The notes below the pieces were generated by a model, which saw only the letters and a list, made by a program, of their open reading frames with translations, was not told the origin of the DNA and made no database searches. Below are positions 60,957 to 64,000 of a stretch of 64,000 nt of DNA, one piece after another. The position numbers and the translations under genes are program-made. How positions within the stretch are numbered: the stretch's first letter is position 1; each line of letters opens with the position of its first letter. The stretch is from Candidatus Dojkabacteria bacterium (GTDB lineage: Bacteria; Patescibacteriota; Dojkabacteria; J137): assembly GCA_025999215.1 (NCBI GenBank), contig AP024679.1, positions 229,645-293,644 of the forward strand, read 5' to 3'.

Positions 60957-62126
60957 ATGGGCAACAATCAGAATTATCCAAATCCTGATCAACGGCCAAG
61001 GGTTTTTATTGAAGTAACAGAGTGGATTGCGGAGCTTTTATATAACGCTTTGCGTAATAATCTCGATATAAGACAGTTATCTGACATAATTAAAAAGATT
61101 TTGCTAGATAATCGACTCAAACTCCTAAATTATTTTTTTTCTCGAGAACATCTTATTAATTGTTATATGCTTACCGATAAAGAAAAAAGTGATTTAGAGG
61201 AGGATTTTAAAAGAGAATTATCAACGATTGGCCCATCTACAATTTTAAGACGAATTGAGATAGCATTACGTTTGTATTTTAAGGTAGTAGATGAAAAAAT
61301 GAAACAAAACCTGGCATTGGCGGATCTTTTTTCACCAGTAGATAGTACCACTGGACATGTTACATATGATCCTAGGTTTGGTTCTGAAGACTTTAATAGT
61401 TTTATTTCTAGGTTAAAAGACTTGGCTAATCAGCATGACTATAACGATATTGAATCTTTCAGAGTAGCAGTACAAGAATTATTTAATGATATGTATGGCA
61501 ATGAAGCGACTAGGGACGAACTTTCAAAAATTTCGTTTATTTTACTCACTTTTTTTCATGGGAGTTTTGAAAAAATAAATAATGATAATATCAACACATT
61601 TATACAATTTTTTGAATTAGTTTATAGTTTGTTATATTTAGAAAATATTATTACAAACAATGGCGAAGATAATGAACAGGATGATTTATCCAATACTTAT
61701 TTTCAGATAAATCCGAGTAATGAGAGCCTATGGGAAGCTATTTTTGAAAATTTAGGTGTTTGTTTTCAACTCATTTGCAGAGCTTTTGTTTACAATAAAA
61801 ATGGGAGTTGGGCTGAAATGGTAAGAATTTTAAATTTAGATCAAATTTATAATAAGGGTTCGCTTGTAAAATCGAAAGCTGACTTTGAATGCATTATATC
61901 TCAATATTATCCGGGCTTAGATATCTCTTGGCAACTTACAAATGGAAAATGGGAATTAAGCTTTTCTTATAAGGATTTTGAAGAATGGAGGAAACATTTA
62001 TTAAAAAATGTAAGCTCTTCTGGTGGAAGGTGTCCTGCAAATGTAACAATTTTTAGGGAAATTTTTGACATTATACGAATATTAGCACCTTTAATTTTGT
62101 ACGATGGTCTTGCTCCAGAACAATAA
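60957..62126 (+). CDS. hypothetical protein, paralog B (389 aa)
   Basis: See paralog A. Confidence 0.4.
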   Translation: MGNNQNYPNPDQRPRVFIEVTEWIAELLYNALRNNLDIRQLSDIIKKILLDNRLKLLNYFFSREHLINCYMLTDKEKSDLEEDFKRELSTIGPSTILRRIEIALRLYFKVVDEKMKQNLALADLFSPVDSTTGHVTYDPRFGSEDFNSFISRLKDLANQHDYNDIESFRVAVQELFNDMYGNEATRDELSKISFILLTFFHGSFEKINNDNINTFIQFFELVYSLLYLENIITNNGEDNEQDDLSNTYFQINPSNESLWEAIFENLGVCFQLICRAFVYNKNGSWAEMVRILNLDQIYNKGSLVKSKADFECIISQYYPGLDISWQLTNGKWELSFSYKDFEEWRKHLLKNVSSSGGRCPANVTIFREIFDIIRILAPLILYDGLAPEQ

Positions 62127-62156
62127 AATTTTAGCAATTAATCATAATAGTAAAAT

Positions 62157-62717
62157 CTAATCTCCTTTGAGCATGTCTTTTTCTATTAAATCTCTAATGT
62201 AATCAGATTTAGATATATTGTGCTTTTTGGATTGACAATTAAGATATGTTTCGTGAGTTTGTGATAAAAACATATTAAACCTGATATTTAGTGGCAGAGG
62301 TTCGCTTTTGATTAAAAATTCTTTCAAGATTGTTTTTAAATTATTTTTATTATAAATTTTACTTTCAAAATGATCATTGTTAATTTTTTTGTTAATGTTA
62401 GTTTTTAAAGATAAACCTAAAGTATTCTTTTTGAGGTTGAGGGCATTGTTTAAGTGATAACCAAGGAGTAAATCTTGAGCAGTAAGTTCAAATATCAAAA
62501 TATCAGCCCAAAGTATGCCTTTTTCAATTGTTTCGTAGTGAATGTCTTCATCGTCTCTAAGACTATTCATTTCGATTGGTTTAAGAAGTTTTTTGCTACC
62601 TTCAAAATTTGAAACGAGTACTTTGCAAGAGAATTTTTTTAATTCTTGCTCAATTAAATCATAATAGATTTGCAAAGTTTCTCTAAAATTATGTGGTGTT
62701 GCAACAAAAATTTTCAT
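62157..62717 (-). CDS. hypothetical protein with a C-terminal ribbon-helix-helix-like motif
   Basis: ISKSDYIRDLIEKDMLK at the C-terminus resembles RHH (CopG/ParD) strands and helices. It is convergent with the paralog pair. Confidence 0.3.
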   Translation of the reverse strand: MKIFVATPHNFRETLQIYYDLIEQELKKFSCKVLVSNFEGSKKLLKPIEMNSLRDDEDIHYETIEKGILWADILIFELTAQDLLLGYHLNNALNLKKNTLGLSLKTNINKKINNDHFESKIYNKNNLKTILKEFLIKSEPLPLNIRFNMFLSQTHETYLNCQSKKHNISKSDYIRDLIEKDMLKGD

Positions 62718-62852
62718 ATGTATATAACTTCACAATAATGTTATATTATATTTAATAAAAAGTCAAATAAATGTATGTATAAACGTTGCTAAATACCTTA
62801 TAAGCCTCGAAATTTAAGATAATTCATTACTCTTTTTGTGAGAGTTATGTTT

Positions 62853-63200
62853 TTATGAAGTTTTACGTCTTTGTTGATCAAGGATTAAGAAGAGTAGAAC
62901 TATCAAAGCAATCCCGATGAGGATAGTTCCTGCAACAATGAACACTTGGGGTTGAATGGAGTTGATATCTATGCTTCCGATTGGAAGGTTTGTATTGTTT
63001 GAAACATTTGTGCTTTCAGCGGTAGTAATACCTGCTACCTGCCCTTGCGTTTGTTGGTTAAGTGGTTGAGGCGCGATGTACGTTTCTATTAACCAGGCAG
63101 GCAACGCAAAAAACAAAGTTATGGTTAATAATATAGTTACCACCTTTGCAAAGGTGATCTCTGGTTTTAGTTGTGGTAGTAAATCTGGATCCATATGCAA
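62853..63200 (-). CDS. small membrane protein
   Basis: 115 aa with two TM segments. Confidence 0.3.
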   Translation of the reverse strand: MHMDPDLLPQLKPEITFAKVVTILLTITLFFALPAWLIETYIAPQPLNQQTQGQVAGITTAESTNVSNNTNLPIGSIDINSIQPQVFIVAGTILIGIALIVLLFLILDQQRRKTS

Positions 63201-63235
63201 ATTTTAATTTTAAATTGGAAAACTTGCAAGTTTTA

Positions 63236-64000
63236 TTAATTACAACCTCTTATTGCGCAAACTTTTTGCGTATGTTCATAATCTGTTTCTGAATAGTATG
63301 TGTTACCTTCATCATCATGAAAAAAGAAAAAATAATTGGAATCCTTGGGTTTGATGGCAGCGACAATAGAATCAATTTGCGGATTGTTGATTGGTGTAGG
63401 TGGAAGCCCTAAATTTTTGTAGGTGTTATATTCCGAATCAATTTGAGTATTAAGGTTTTTAGAAGTTTGACCGGTTATAAAATTAATTGTAGAATCAGCA
63501 CCTAGTACGTAGCCAAACTTTAATCTGTTATGAAAAACACTGGAAATGAGAGCTTTATCGTCTTTGTATGAAGCTTCTTTTTCAATGATTGATGCCAAAA
63601 TCTAGCGCATTGTAAAAATTGGTAATCTCTTCAGTTTGGTAAGAACTTTCTGTGATATTGGCATTTTTTATCTTTAGTATTAAGTTATCAATTAAAAATT
63701 CAACTACCTCAATAGTTTGCATTTTAGTATCTAAAAAGTAAGTGTCCGGATACAAAAAACCTCGCAATGGTTTGCCTATGGGCTTATTTTCATCTAAAAA
63801 TTCTTGAATTGATGATTTAAATTGATATTGATCTGGGTTTAAAACTATGTCCATAAACTGATCTTTATCAAAATTGTAATCATTTCCAGTGGACTGCATT
63901 TTTAAGTCTATAATTTCTGCAATGTCTTCACTTTTACTACCTTCAATAATTGTTACTTTGGCAGTTGAAGTGTAAACTCCGTTTTCGAGCAATTCAATTA
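63236..64000 (-). CDS. mltG: MltG/YceG-like endolytic transglycosylase, frameshifted near 63590 and continuing beyond the window end
   Basis: C-terminal YceG block (GLPPTPINNPQ...YFFFHDDEGNTYYSETDYEHTQKV) in ORF 63236..63598; the upstream part lies in 63582..63992, in another frame. Confidence 0.6.

Overview
This 64-kb window is AT-rich (about 30% GC) and looks like a small-genome, fermentative, Patescibacteria/CPR-like bacterium. Supporting genes include RNase Y, sortase, FtsQ-FtsA-FtsZ, ParAB, pyruvate:ferredoxin oxidoreductase plus ADP-forming acetyl-CoA synthetase, and a heliorhodopsin. The central result is two CRISPR-Cas loci. (1) At 2786-8226 there is a minimal type V-D-like locus. It has a minus-strand Cas1, a 12-spacer CRISPR array with 25-nt repeats and very short 17-20 nt spacers, and a 1212-aa protein with a split RuvC domain (RuvC-I, RuvC-II, zinc-finger insert, RuvC-III DADxQAAxNIA). 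I interpret this protein as a Cas12d (CasY)-like effector that ordinary annotation would call hypothetical. The locus ends at the 3' end of tRNA-Pro and is followed by a PIN/Phd toxin-antitoxin pair. (2) At 41105-45930 there is a type II-C-like locus (cas9-cas1-cas2 plus a 3-repeat array). Its repeats end in a TATAAT -10 element, there are two alternative candidate tracrRNA anti-repeats, and a single in-frame TAA in a homopolymer interrupts cas9. Other points of interest are a roughly 75-95 bp direct repeat flanking pyrD, a heliorhodopsin gene, a fused HEPN-MNT protein, a membrane-anchored MurF-like ligase next to a FemAB gene, a tandem pair of 389-aa paralogs behind a consensus promoter, and two tRNAs (Pro-UGG, Asn-GUU). 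At least eight genes are split by apparent one-base indels in homopolymers (ileS, lepB, nadK, amidase, heliorhodopsin, mltG and others). These most likely come from long-read assembly errors, so pseudogene calls should be treated with caution. Everything here comes from reading the sequence and recalling motifs. No searches were run.
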